From the NCBI GenBank assembly GCA_030648515.1, contig JAUSHK010000005.1:228895-278130 (forward strand): a stretch of 49,236 nt of DNA. Direction: 5' to 3'. The translations under genes and the position numbers were made by a program. This DNA comes from Candidatus Jorgensenbacteria bacterium (lineage in GTDB: Bacteria > Patescibacteriota > Minisyncoccia > UBA6257 > GWB1-50-10). The notes beneath the pieces were generated by a model, which made no database searches, was not told the origin of the DNA, and saw nothing but the letters and a program-made list of their open reading frames with translations. Below, one piece after another: positions 28,139-37,720 of this stretch. Numbering within the stretch: the first letter of the stretch is position 1; every line of letters starts with the position of its first letter.

Positions 28139-28603
28139 TTACTCGAGATTTCTGATGATATAAGTACGTCCATTAATTGAGACTTCCTCATTTTCTTTTT
28201 TGCCAACGCAGGCACGAGCGAGAGGAGCAGCTGCGGTAATTGTTGTAACCGAAGAATCTCCAACTTGCACAGTTTCTCCGCCGCCTTTCGGAATGACAAA
28301 ATATAAGGTCCTTTTAGATGAGCTTTTCTCTTCGAGCTCTACGAGTGATCCGACTTGCACAGCTGAACTTTGACACACAGGCGTGTTACGGATGGAAACC
28401 AATGCTTCGTTTGCCTCCCGTGTCTGTTTTTCAAGTGAGAGCGCAAGTTCACTGAGTTGGAATTTTGACGTATCCGAATGGCTAATGTTACTTCCCGGAG
28501 CACCGCAGGCACTGTCTCTGGTTTCCTCAAGTGTTTTTGTTAGATTTTTTTCCTTTTCTAAAAAAAGTTTCTCAAGGACTGAAACTATTTCTTCTTTTTT
28601 CAC
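28139..28603 (-). CDS. GreA/GreB-family protein (divergent)
   Basis: N-terminal coiled coil and a C-terminal VQVGSLVEL...ITAAAPLARACVGKKENEEV; GTG start with a GGAGG SD. Confidence 0.75.
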   Translation of the reverse strand: MKKEEIVSVLEKLFLEKEKNLTKTLEETRDSACGAPGSNISHSDTSKFQLSELALSLEKQTREANEALVSIRNTPVCQSSAVQVGSLVELEEKSSSKRTLYFVIPKGGGETVQVGDSSVTTITAAAPLARACVGKKENEEVSINGRTYIIRNLE

Positions 28604-28817
28604 AACAAACCTCCTTATTTAACTAAGGCGACTGTTATTGGCTAATGAAAATTAATATCTTACTACTACTAGTAAAACACAGTATTGGTAAGAAAGCAAC
28701 CGCTTATCTGTATTTGCACTATTGACAAATTATTAAAATTGTCCGATTATTCTACGAGCACAGGTGTGCCCATTAGATTGGGATACTTTAACATTTTAAC
28801 TATATAAGGGAGGTAAA

Positions 28818-29957
28818 ATGGAACAGACGGCTAAAAGAATTCTGAATAGGTCCTCCTTGAGTATCCCTTGCCACTGGGATAAGGAAGTGATGGATCGGAT
28901 TGTAAACATCAAGGCAGTAAATGGCATTAAGGTGATGGAGGTTTACGGCGTTCTTGCTGAGGGTGGGCCAGTTGGTCATGGCAGATCCAGAAACTCAGTT
29001 GTAAATATTGAAATGGATGACGCCTTAAAATTCAGAGCTTACTTGAAAAACCTGGGGTTAAGGTTTGTTTATCTCTTAAATGCTCCGTTTAAATTCGATG
29101 GAAGTGCGGAACAAAAAAAGCAACTCAATAGTTACCTTGAGTGGATCTTGGGAAGTCTTCGCCCTGACGCATTAACACTTACCTCGCATGAATTAATGAG
29201 ATATGTTAGGGTGCTGGACAAAAAAATTCCGCTCTATATCTCGACTATAGCCGGGATTAAATCTTGGAAAGATTTGGAGGAATTCCTTGATATCTCCCCG
29301 AGTAGGGTTATTCCTCATCATGACGTTGGGAAAGACTGGAAAGTTTTTATGAAACTTAGCAAATTTTGTAAAAAGGAGGGTGTAGAGATTGAACTAATGG
29401 CCACTGAGAGTTGTCTCTTTAGATGTTCTAGAAGGGATGCCCACTACAAGTATTTATCACAGGGTAGCAGGGATGTATCATTCCACGTAGTTTGCAATAG
29501 TAGAAAATTAATTCATCCAAGGGAATTTCTTTTAGCTGGTGGGGTAATCAGACCTGAGGATGTCTGCATCTACGAGGATGCTGGTGTGACATGCTTTAAA
29601 ATAACGGGTCGTTCAAAACCGTCTAACTGGCTTCCTGAGGTGGTTAATGCTTATCAGAACAGAGGGTATAACGGTAACCTTATACGACTGCTCGGAATTG
29701 ATCCATCTCTTTGTGCTGAGAATTGGATATATATTAGCAATGCCGCGCTCAACGGATTTCTTGGTGGGTTTATTAATAAAAAAACACGCCGCGAGATGAT
29801 CCGTTACTCCGAAACATGGATTGCTATGTTATACAACAATGGGCAATTTAAATTGTTCGATGGATCTCAGTATAAGCAAAGAAATGGATCGCTTGTTTTG
29901 TCTGACGATGGCGGAAAACAGGCAAAATTAATCATTTCCCGCGAATCGGAAAAATAA
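28818..29957 (+). CDS. U32-family protein (probable Fe-S hydroxylase rather than a protease)
   Basis: YLLNA, ISTIA, ELMATESCLFRC...H...C, IRPED and FKITGRS; GGGAGGT SD. Confidence 0.8.
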   Translation: MEQTAKRILNRSSLSIPCHWDKEVMDRIVNIKAVNGIKVMEVYGVLAEGGPVGHGRSRNSVVNIEMDDALKFRAYLKNLGLRFVYLLNAPFKFDGSAEQKKQLNSYLEWILGSLRPDALTLTSHELMRYVRVLDKKIPLYISTIAGIKSWKDLEEFLDISPSRVIPHHDVGKDWKVFMKLSKFCKKEGVEIELMATESCLFRCSRRDAHYKYLSQGSRDVSFHVVCNSRKLIHPREFLLAGGVIRPEDVCIYEDAGVTCFKITGRSKPSNWLPEVVNAYQNRGYNGNLIRLLGIDPSLCAENWIYISNAALNGFLGGFINKKTRREMIRYSETWIAMLYNNGQFKLFDGSQYKQRNGSLVLSDDGGKQAKLIISRESEK

Positions 29958-29986
29958 AAATTGATGTTTTTATCTTTTTAAAATCT

Positions 29987-30020
29987 AAGCTCTGGACATT
30001 GTTTCAGAGCTTTATTTTTT
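29987..30020 (+). terminator. intrinsic terminator after U32
   Basis: aagctctg...cagagctt followed by a T-rich tail. Confidence 0.6.
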
Positions 30021-30060
30021 AGACTTGTACTGAAAAATAAAATCTACTATGATATTTCGT

Positions 30061-30606
30061 ATGACAATCTATTTAGTTACTAAAAACCCCTTCAAATTAA
30101 GCGCGGCGAAATCTGTTTTTGATAAATACAATATTGAAATTGAGCCGCTCGGAAAGGAATATCCCGAGATACAATCGGATTCCAGTTTGGAAATTGCCCG
30201 ATCTGTGGCGCTTCAAGTAGCAAAGGATACTGGCAAGCCGGTTATTAGAGAAGATCATAGTTTCTTTATTAACTACTTAGGCATACCGGGTCCGTATATG
30301 TCTTATATTGATAAGAGAATATCGCCGGAGCGGCTCATAGAGCTACTTGATGGGATTGTTGATAGAAGCGCTTATTTTGAAGTTTCTACTGTATACGCTA
30401 ATCCTGACGGAACTACTATTGAGCACACGTTCAAGGTGCCTGCTGAAATTACTGATAAGGTAGTGGTTAAGGATGCTGGATGGGATGGATTAATAAGACT
30501 GTCACATGAAAAACGTGTTTTAGCCGAGGGCGCGGAAGAGGAAAGATATGAAATTTTTGGAGAGGGTTATAGAAAAATAGCGGAAACTCTTATAAAAAAT
30601 AAATAG
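30061..30606 (+). CDS. HAM1/RdgB-family non-canonical NTP pyrophosphatase (divergent)
   Basis: YLVTKNPFK, PEIQ, EDHSFFI...PGPY and DRSAYF; the C-terminal SHR is absent. Confidence 0.85.
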   Translation: MTIYLVTKNPFKLSAAKSVFDKYNIEIEPLGKEYPEIQSDSSLEIARSVALQVAKDTGKPVIREDHSFFINYLGIPGPYMSYIDKRISPERLIELLDGIVDRSAYFEVSTVYANPDGTTIEHTFKVPAEITDKVVVKDAGWDGLIRLSHEKRVLAEGAEEERYEIFGEGYRKIAETLIKNK

Positions 30607-30625
30607 CGAGTAGGCAAAACTAGTT

Positions 30626-31207
30626 TTACTGAGTAGGTAAGGCCAAAACAGCCAGTCCTTGTTGCAAAAGATCATCAATGGTTGTTTCTTCATTATTGTT
30701 TATTATGTAGTCCGCCGCGATTTTAAGTTTTTCGATACCAAGCGACCGATCTACAATAAGTAACTGACTAAATTCATTTTGACTAAGATTTTTATTTTCT
30801 TTATGGTTGTATCTTTTCCTTAGGATTTCGCGTGATTTAACATTAAGCCAAATTATAATGTGCTCCCATTCCGGGGCAATTTTTTTTAGATCATTAATGT
30901 TTTTTAAACTCCTCATGCCAATAACAAACACAAAGATTGGTTTCCCCACTTCTGTGATCGCTTTTGATATGCGGTTTTTTAGCAAACGCGTGAAATACAT
31001 TGGGTCTTCGTCTTCCTTTTTTCTAACATAGTCTGCGATATCTAGATTATTAAACGAAAAATCTCTATTAGTATAGTCAGCTCTTACCATTGCACCAGTT
31101 TCGACTATCGGCGCTTTAATCGCACGTAACAATTGATTCCCCAGCTCAGTTTTTCCACAGGCATGGTATCCCGTTAGATAGACTAATTTTAACTTTCCTG
31201 CGCTCAT
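30626..31207 (-). CDS. P-loop kinase, NMP/dephospho-CoA kinase-like (start moved to ATG 31207)
   Basis: LTGYHACGKT, GMRS and ADYIINN; the ATG overlaps the upstream TGA. Confidence 0.75.
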   Translation of the reverse strand: MSAGKLKLVYLTGYHACGKTELGNQLLRAIKAPIVETGAMVRADYTNRDFSFNNLDIADYVRKKEDEDPMYFTRLLKNRISKAITEVGKPIFVFVIGMRSLKNINDLKKIAPEWEHIIIWLNVKSREILRKRYNHKENKNLSQNEFSQLLIVDRSLGIEKLKIAADYIINNNEETTIDDLLQQGLAVLALPTQ

Positions 31208-32085
31208 TTTTTTGATAAAACAGTATACCACGTGGCCTTATTAATTTGAAGTGTTTTTGACGTGTCATTAAGTGCTGTTTTAAGTTGGTACGATGTAAGG
31301 AGTGATTGGCTTGACATAAGGCATCGGCAGGGCTTATCGAGAATGAAACCGGCCTTTTGGCATAAATTAAGAAAGTCGGAAAATTTTTGGCCGTAGCCCT
31401 TACATTCCTCTGGTCCTCTTTGTCCGGCGTTAGTGATCTTAGCACCACCTTCTTCACTTAAGAAAAAATCCGTGATTATAAATTCCCCTCCTCGTCTAAG
31501 CGATTTGAATATCGATTTTAAAACATTTGCTTTATTTTCAAATTTAATATGATGCATAGCCATGCAACTTACGGCGTAATTAAAAATGTTCGGCTGGAAT
31601 GGCCACATTAGAGAATTAAAGTCGTATTGGACATTAATGACATTACCTGGACTTGGAACTATCTTAGTTCTCTCGGCGCCAATCTCCATAGAGGATCTGT
31701 TCTTGTTATTCCACGGACCAGATATATCACAATTAATGAAGTGTGCTATTAACCTGCTATTTTCGGCTGGAATTTGTCTGTAAATATTTAAAGTTCCGGC
31801 ACCAATATCAATGATTGTTTTATTTTTTAGTCCTAGATTATTCAGATTGGCCACTATTCTTTTTCGACCATATTCCTCTGGGGTACCCATTATTGGAAAA
31901 TCCGTAGTTGGATCTTTAAACAAAAATTTCCCTTTATAAAATTTGTTATCGAAATCATACGTTCTAACTATAAAAGGGCTTTGGGTGTCAATTGGGAACG
32001 TGGCTAAAACAAAAAGGTGCCCGTGTTTTAAAACCCTCGGTGCGTTTGGATTAATAAGGACTGTTTTTAAAATATCTTTATTCAT
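31204..32085 (-). CDS. class I SAM-dependent methyltransferase
   Basis: IIDIGAGT, CDIS, AMHHI and LRRGGEFIITD. Confidence 0.85.
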   Translation of the reverse strand: MNKDILKTVLINPNAPRVLKHGHLFVLATFPIDTQSPFIVRTYDFDNKFYKGKFLFKDPTTDFPIMGTPEEYGRKRIVANLNNLGLKNKTIIDIGAGTLNIYRQIPAENSRLIAHFINCDISGPWNNKNRSSMEIGAERTKIVPSPGNVINVQYDFNSLMWPFQPNIFNYAVSCMAMHHIKFENKANVLKSIFKSLRRGGEFIITDFFLSEEGGAKITNAGQRGPEECKGYGQKFSDFLNLCQKAGFILDKPCRCLMSSQSLLTSYQLKTALNDTSKTLQINKATWYTVLSKK

Positions 32086-32128
32086 AGAGTGTTTGAAATA
32101 ATCTTAGGTGTAGAATTAATTTCGCAGA

Positions 32129-32794
32129 CTAAAACTTTTTAAAAACCCCACGGAAAACCGACCTCAAACCAGTGCTGACTTTTCTATTGTAAGTTGTTAT
32201 TTTTTCAAATGGCAGAAACCTTGAGTTTTTAAGCAGTGAGAGAATTTTTCTTTTTGGAAGAAGAATTAAGCACAACCCTTCCTTTGTAATAAATGTGTTT
32301 GTATCAGGCCCCGTTTTCTTTAACTCCGACGCTATAATTCCCTTGTAAAAAACATTTAAGCACAAGAAACCGTCCTTTTTTAAAACCCTACTTGTTTCCT
32401 TCACTGCATTGGTAAAATGTTTCAATGAATCCGCGTTGTGATAGACCCCGTTTGCAATAATAATGTCAAAGCTGTTTGCCCTAAATGGTAATTTAAGCAT
32501 TGTTGCTTTTACTATTCTTTTTCTCATGTCTTTGTTACTTATGAGACCCCTCAATCTTTCTCTTGTTGCTTTAACCATTGAGCTGTGCAAATCACATGCC
32601 CAGGTGTCAAAGCCTGTTTTTGCTATAAACTCTGTATTTCTTCCTCCGCCACATCCTAAGTCAAGAATGTGATAATGATATGGTTTTTCAAGACTACTTA
32701 AAAATTTTTTCCAGTATGGGGATGTCTTAGCTTTAAAAAATTCTTCAACAACTTTCGGATCGTTCCAAAATTTTTGCTCTGGTGTTTTAACCAT
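32129..32794 (-). CDS. class I SAM-dependent methyltransferase
   Basis: ILDLGCGGGRN, LPFRANSFDIII and RVLKKDG. Confidence 0.9.
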   Translation of the reverse strand: MVKTPEQKFWNDPKVVEEFFKAKTSPYWKKFLSSLEKPYHYHILDLGCGGGRNTEFIAKTGFDTWACDLHSSMVKATRERLRGLISNKDMRKRIVKATMLKLPFRANSFDIIIANGVYHNADSLKHFTNAVKETSRVLKKDGFLCLNVFYKGIIASELKKTGPDTNTFITKEGLCLILLPKRKILSLLKNSRFLPFEKITTYNRKVSTGLRSVFRGVFKKF

Positions 32795-33899
32795 TTTTCA
32801 TTCTCCTAACAATCTTATAGCCATCGTTATTGACTGCCCACGAATATATCTTGAGCCTTTCTGAACGGAATGCTCGCTCGCATAATTTTGGCTGTTTCGT
32901 AATTACAAATATTCCTGGACCTACCGAAGAAATTGAGAGTATTTCTGCTATGCCGTCATTTTTCAAATATTCTAATCGTTTACACAGTTTAGGAAGGTTT
33001 TTGTAAGTAAACGAACAATTTTTTATACTTCCCATCTTAAAACGATATTCGTAAATAACATCCCCAATTGCTTTTAAATCGCGCATAACCATAGCTGGAA
33101 GCATTCGATGTAAAATATTATAGGCAATTATTTTCCCGTATTTCCTCCCGGTAGCAACAAATTTATACAAGTTTTTCTTTTCTTTTCCCATTAGAATGCG
33201 CGAATCAGCATCGCGGATATCTTTCGGGATGCCAACAATGATACTATAGGTTTTGGGGACGCGCATTGTTGCTATTGGTACGCTTTCTCCCGATAATATG
33301 ATCATCCCTGCCTTGCACAGTCCCGCTGCAGCTGATCCTCCAATGCATTGGACTGGATTAAGGTGAAAATTGTCTCCGTCGATTTCTTCCCCATGGTTTT
33401 GCGCTAGATATGCAATAAGAGTTTTTTTATCTACTGGATTTCCATACACTTCATTAATCGCGCAGGCAACGGACGCCAGCAATCCACTACTGGAGCCTAA
33501 ACCACAATGTCGTAACTCTTCTGAATTCTCGACGTCCACGTTCAAACCGTCTTTAAAATGTAGGGCGCTTTTCATTAGTAATACTGCGTGCATAATTAGA
33601 GCATGCCGTTTTGATGATTTAGAAATAACTATTTCTTGATCATGCCGCACAGAGATCGAGACTCTTTTAAAGAACGGTACAGAAAATATCACTTCGCCGG
33701 GCGTGTAACGAAAATCTTTACTCATTACTATCTTACTTGGATCTATCGCCATTGCATTGAGTCTACTAGGATAGTCTAGAACCACGTATTTATATTTTAA
33801 GTAGCATCGATTTAGCTTTGTTCTAACCGGATTAAAAACACTTCCTACTTTAAATAAGGTTAGGACTTTGCTCCTTGGTGATTTATTGATTGTGTTCAT
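32787..33899 (-). CDS. GHMP kinase superfamily protein (beta-RFAP-synthase-like features)
   Basis: PSRLN, HCGLGSSS GHMP loop and SSVGP. Confidence 0.75.
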   Translation of the reverse strand: MNTINKSPRSKVLTLFKVGSVFNPVRTKLNRCYLKYKYVVLDYPSRLNAMAIDPSKIVMSKDFRYTPGEVIFSVPFFKRVSISVRHDQEIVISKSSKRHALIMHAVLLMKSALHFKDGLNVDVENSEELRHCGLGSSSGLLASVACAINEVYGNPVDKKTLIAYLAQNHGEEIDGDNFHLNPVQCIGGSAAAGLCKAGMIILSGESVPIATMRVPKTYSIIVGIPKDIRDADSRILMGKEKKNLYKFVATGRKYGKIIAYNILHRMLPAMVMRDLKAIGDVIYEYRFKMGSIKNCSFTYKNLPKLCKRLEYLKNDGIAEILSISSVGPGIFVITKQPKLCERAFRSERLKIYSWAVNNDGYKIVRRMKNG

Positions 33900-33919
33900 A
33901 ACGAAATTTCTAAAAACTC

Positions 33920-34612
33920 CTAGTTTTTAAGAATTTCTCGGGTCGTAGCATCTGCGAGTATCTCCATTGTGTCGTAGATTTTTAGTCCTGGGCACTTTAG
34001 TTTTAGTAATTGTAAATCCGTGCAAGCCAAAATAATACTGTTCACACCCTTGTTTTTAAAATCATTTATTATCTTAATTAATTTTTCCCTGTCTTTGTTA
34101 TTATATCTATTACAAACCAAGTTGTGAGTAATTTTACCTATCTTAGCTTGTTGAGAACTCTCTGGTGTAATCTGTATAATTCTATTGACTGCGAATGAAT
34201 TTTTATATAACTTTCTATTGAGTGTCATATAAGTGGAAATAATTCCTACTTTAGAAACTCTCTTTTTCTTTAAAAACTCAGTGGTTTCTTCAATAATACT
34301 AAGCACTGGAATTTTTACCGAGTTCCTAATTTTGTTAACGAAGATATGTAGAGAGTTACAAGGCATGACTAAAAAATCGGCACCAGCCTTTTCTAATCTT
34401 TTCGCTCCATCAATGAGAAAAGGGAGGCACTTTTCTTCTCCTTTACCATTAATAATTGCCTTTCTCTCAATATCATACGGGAGAGGGATGCTATAAATTA
34501 AAATTGGCGGCCTATTGAGTTTATTAAACTTTTGACACGAGAAAATCAGCTTCAGATAAAAATTTGAGGTTGTTTCCGGACCTAGGCCGCCTATTATTCC
34601 GACTGTTTTCAT
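33920..34612 (-). CDS. Asp/Glu racemase family protein
   Basis: GIIGGLGPET plus the catalytic cysteine motifs PCNS and ACTD. Confidence 0.92.
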   Translation of the reverse strand: MKTVGIIGGLGPETTSNFYLKLIFSCQKFNKLNRPPILIYSIPLPYDIERKAIINGKGEEKCLPFLIDGAKRLEKAGADFLVMPCNSLHIFVNKIRNSVKIPVLSIIEETTEFLKKKRVSKVGIISTYMTLNRKLYKNSFAVNRIIQITPESSQQAKIGKITHNLVCNRYNNKDREKLIKIINDFKNKGVNSIILACTDLQLLKLKCPGLKIYDTMEILADATTREILKN

Positions 34613-34627
34613 GTTTTGACTTCGCTT

Positions 34628-34657
34628 TATTCTAAATCTAAATTAATCTTGAGTCAA
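34628..34657 (-). promoter_or_regulatory. sigma70-like promoter for the racemase-to-kinase operon
   Basis: Minus strand TTGACT-N17-TAGAAT. Confidence 0.6.
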
Positions 34658-34684
34658 GTCTTTATTTTTCGAAATATGCCTCTC

Positions 34685-34714
34685 TTGACTATCGCTGCAT
34701 GTATGGAATATAAT
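34685..34714 (+). promoter_or_regulatory. sigma70-like promoter
   Basis: TTGACT-N18-TATAAT. Confidence 0.6.
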
Positions 34715-34723
34715 GGATTTATC

Positions 34724-34834
34724 ATGGTTATTGTAGTGAAAAAGCTTGCATGGTGGGCGTACAGAAATCCCTTACAATCGTAGGGCCTGGTTCTCGCGCG
34801 CTGATGCTAACCCCCACCCTACGGCGGGGTTTTT
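34724..34834 (+). promoter_or_regulatory. putative Trp-Trp leader peptide (34724-34783) with attenuator hairpin
   Basis: MVIVVKKLAWWAYRNPLQS*, followed by a GC hairpin and T run at 34809-34834. Confidence 0.55.
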
Positions 34835-34950
34835 AGTTTCCGTGCCGGCGTTTCCGCATGAAAACGTGCCGAGCCGCCAGCACAGAAATTAGCTCATTTA
34901 CAATCACGTAGTTCGTGGTGCTGGAACTACATTACTAATAAGGAGGTTTT

Positions 34951-35727
34951 ATGGAAGAACTGCAAAATTTTCTTACGCGGTTTAAGTTCTGTCCTGAGGG
35001 AGAAATGTTAGTCGGCATTGAGCGTGAAGCGTTTCTCGTTCGGAGCGGCTCTATTGTGCCTATCGCTCGGGAAGTACTCGAAATGCTCGGAATGAATGGC
35101 CGATATGGCTACGAACTCTCAGCGTGCCAGTTGGAAGATCGCGTGGGACCAATTGATATCGCGCATCTTCTTGAAAAACTTTGCGCTAACGAAGTAGAGA
35201 TTGCACGCGCTGAACAATCGCTTAAGTTTCAACGGTTTGTTTGTGAAGTAGCTCCTGATGATATGCCTTTGGATGTTTACCCTGATCCGACAGGGAGGTA
35301 TCAGGAAATCACTAAAACTATGCCGCGCGAGATATTACTTGCAGCGTGCCAAGTGATCGGCACCCATGTTCATATTGGCATGCCTGATACCATCACGGCA
35401 TTGTTGGTCTACAACAATGTAATCAGCCATTGGGAAGAATTGTGTCGAATGGGAGATGGTTCGTGTGGACGTCGCCTTGAAATTTATAAGAAAATGGCGC
35501 CGGATTTTGTGCCTCCACATTATCCCAGTTGGGAACATTTCTATCGCGAGGCAGTGGAAAAGGGCTTTGAGACAGATCCGCGTAAGTGCTGGCATCTCAT
35601 CCGTTTGTCGGTTCATGGCACTATTGAGTTCCGTATGTTTGGGACTACCTGCGAACTTGAGCGTATCGTTACGTGGGCAAAACGATGTCATGAATTGTGC
35701 CGTGTTGCGCGCGAAACCACGCGCTAG
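34951..35727 (+). CDS. glutamate-cysteine ligase family 2 / YbdK-like carboxylate-amine ligase (short form)
   Basis: GIERE, ELSACQLE, GTHVHIG and GTIEFR; AAGGAGG SD. Confidence 0.8.
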   Translation: MEELQNFLTRFKFCPEGEMLVGIEREAFLVRSGSIVPIAREVLEMLGMNGRYGYELSACQLEDRVGPIDIAHLLEKLCANEVEIARAEQSLKFQRFVCEVAPDDMPLDVYPDPTGRYQEITKTMPREILLAACQVIGTHVHIGMPDTITALLVYNNVISHWEELCRMGDGSCGRRLEIYKKMAPDFVPPHYPSWEHFYREAVEKGFETDPRKCWHLIRLSVHGTIEFRMFGTTCELERIVTWAKRCHELCRVARETTR

Positions 35728-35734
35728 TTATCAC

Positions 35735-35777
35735 ATCATGCAGAGAACAGGCATTTATCGCCTGTTCTCTGCATGAT
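35735..35777. terminator. perfect 18-bp stem-loop
   Basis: atcatgcagagaacaggc-7 nt-gcctgttctctgcatgat. Confidence 0.6.
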
Positions 35778-35788
35778 ATATTTTTATT

Positions 35789-36565
35789 ATGAAAACAAAT
35801 CGCTCAAGCGTCGCTATTGTCGCCTGCGTTCACGGAGACGAGATAGCGGGAAAGCTGGTTATTAGAGAACTTAATAAAAATTCTTTTATCCGAGGTCGTG
35901 TCGGCTTTTTTGTTGCGCACCCGAAAGCTGTTGCTAGAAAAAAACGTTTTTTTACACAAGACCTCAATCGTAGTTTTCCTGGACGCTTACACGGATTATT
36001 AGAAGAACGACTTGCGTATGTGTTACGGGAAAAACTAAATGCCTACGATATAGTACTTGATCTTCATGCAACAAATTCTAATATTCATCGGCTTGCTATC
36101 GTAACCGGGCTTTCCACGCGCGTGCGTCGCGTACTTTGCGCGATCCCGATACAAAAAGTTGCCTTAATGCCAAAGCGGGTTTTTGGCGGTAAAGAGCTCG
36201 TGCGTTACCACCGCGCGGGAGTATCACTTGAATACGGCCCAGACAAATCAGGAAAAAATTATCGGACAATATTAAAAGACGTATATGTAATATTGAGAAA
36301 TCTTGGAGTAATTCCGGGTCCAAGAAAATGTTTTCCAAAAAAGGATTTGTATCGTGTTTTTGAAACATACGAGGTGGGTAAAGACATAACTCCCGTGCCA
36401 TCACTCCGCGACTTTCACTTAATAAAGAAGGGGCAGATTATTGGGCGACACAAAAATGGTACTACTGTGGCTTCCCGCGCCACCTTTTACCCACTTTTTG
36501 TAGGTAAGGGACGCTATCCTAAAACCCTCGCACTCATGTCTTTCAAAAAGAAATTAGTTCTTTGA
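35789..36565 (+). CDS. succinylglutamate desuccinylase/aspartoacylase (M14-like) family
   Basis: HGDE, DLNRSFPG, LDLH and LEYG. Confidence 0.88.
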   Translation: MKTNRSSVAIVACVHGDEIAGKLVIRELNKNSFIRGRVGFFVAHPKAVARKKRFFTQDLNRSFPGRLHGLLEERLAYVLREKLNAYDIVLDLHATNSNIHRLAIVTGLSTRVRRVLCAIPIQKVALMPKRVFGGKELVRYHRAGVSLEYGPDKSGKNYRTILKDVYVILRNLGVIPGPRKCFPKKDLYRVFETYEVGKDITPVPSLRDFHLIKKGQIIGRHKNGTTVASRATFYPLFVGKGRYPKTLALMSFKKKLVL

Positions 36566-36687
36566 AATGGCGTGTGTGGTGGTTGCTATACGTAAATTTG
36601 TTACCCTTGATAAATTGTGCGCTTCATTTAATATAATGGAAGTTTTTATCAACTTAACATAATAAAATAAAGAAAGAGAGGAATGTT

Positions 36688-37590
36688 ATGTCACCTACTA
36701 TTGATGAAGTTTTTGGTTTTCTTTCTGGTGTCCACCGGATAGTTTGCGGAGAGAGATTGACCTTAGGTAATATTGTGGATACTGTTTTCCACGCAACAGA
36801 TGGAGAAAAAGCGTTAGTGGTAAAAATTGGACTTTCCGAACGCGCGGCCGAGGAAGTGCGATTAAATCAAAAAGGTTACGATGCGCTCAGAGGCATAGGG
36901 GCAACGCGCCTCCTCCCTGATCCGCTCTTCAGTATAGAGTATGCTGGCGTGCCTATTGTGGTTATGGAGGATTGCGGACTTGATTTTTATCACGCGGTTC
37001 AGATAGCACGTGATCCAGTGATTCTCTACTCACAATTAGTTGAAACTATGAATTCGATTTACCACGAGACTCGTTGTGTCTCTTCTGAAAACTTATATCT
37101 TAATTCTCTCCGTCTACGATTAGAGAAAGAGTATGATGTCCGTTTTCGGGATAGAGTTGATCGTGCTTTGGTTCACAAACTTCATGACTATGATTTTCGG
37201 AGATTCAAACTTCCCTTTATCTGCTTTTCCAGTTTTGATTTTACCCCAGAAGATGTGTTCGTAAGTGCGCAACGCGTAAGATATGTTGACCCACTACCTG
37301 AAGTGCTTGGTATACCGGCTGTCGACTTAGCTTGTTTTGCAGGAGTCGCACTAGATGCTTATGGTTTACCGGGAGCAAAGGAGGGTTATAAATTACTAGC
37401 CGATTTTGCCGTTCGCGAGTTACCTAAAATTCTTAGTATGAACGAGGAAGAATCTTGTCGTCTTTTTTGTCTCGGGCGTGCACTTCAGTGCGCACTTTCG
37501 GCACGTTTTCGACTGATTTCCAATCCACAGAAGGCTGGGGATCTTATCAGAAAAAGTGTGACGTTCTTGAAAGATTTTCTACTAGTGTAA
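36688..37590 (+). CDS. APH/choline-kinase-like phosphotransferase (divergent)
   Basis: LVVKIG...E, VMED, DFTPEDVFV, YVDP and DLACF. Confidence 0.6.
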   Translation: MSPTIDEVFGFLSGVHRIVCGERLTLGNIVDTVFHATDGEKALVVKIGLSERAAEEVRLNQKGYDALRGIGATRLLPDPLFSIEYAGVPIVVMEDCGLDFYHAVQIARDPVILYSQLVETMNSIYHETRCVSSENLYLNSLRLRLEKEYDVRFRDRVDRALVHKLHDYDFRRFKLPFICFSSFDFTPEDVFVSAQRVRYVDPLPEVLGIPAVDLACFAGVALDAYGLPGAKEGYKLLADFAVRELPKILSMNEEESCRLFCLGRALQCALSARFRLISNPQKAGDLIRKSVTFLKDFLLV

Positions 37591-37638
37591 AATCACTCCA
37601 TTAACAATAAAGCTCGTGATTGCTTTATGAAAATAACA

Positions 37639-37664
37639 AGGCGCGTTTCATTGAAACGCGCCTA
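37639..37664. terminator. stem-loop between convergent genes
   Basis: aggcgcgtttca-t-tgaaacgcgcct. Confidence 0.6.
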
Positions 37665-37720
37665 AGTAGTTTTAAAAGACATTGATTACGTTTTTAGTTA
37701 ATTAAACTATCTTCCAGTAA

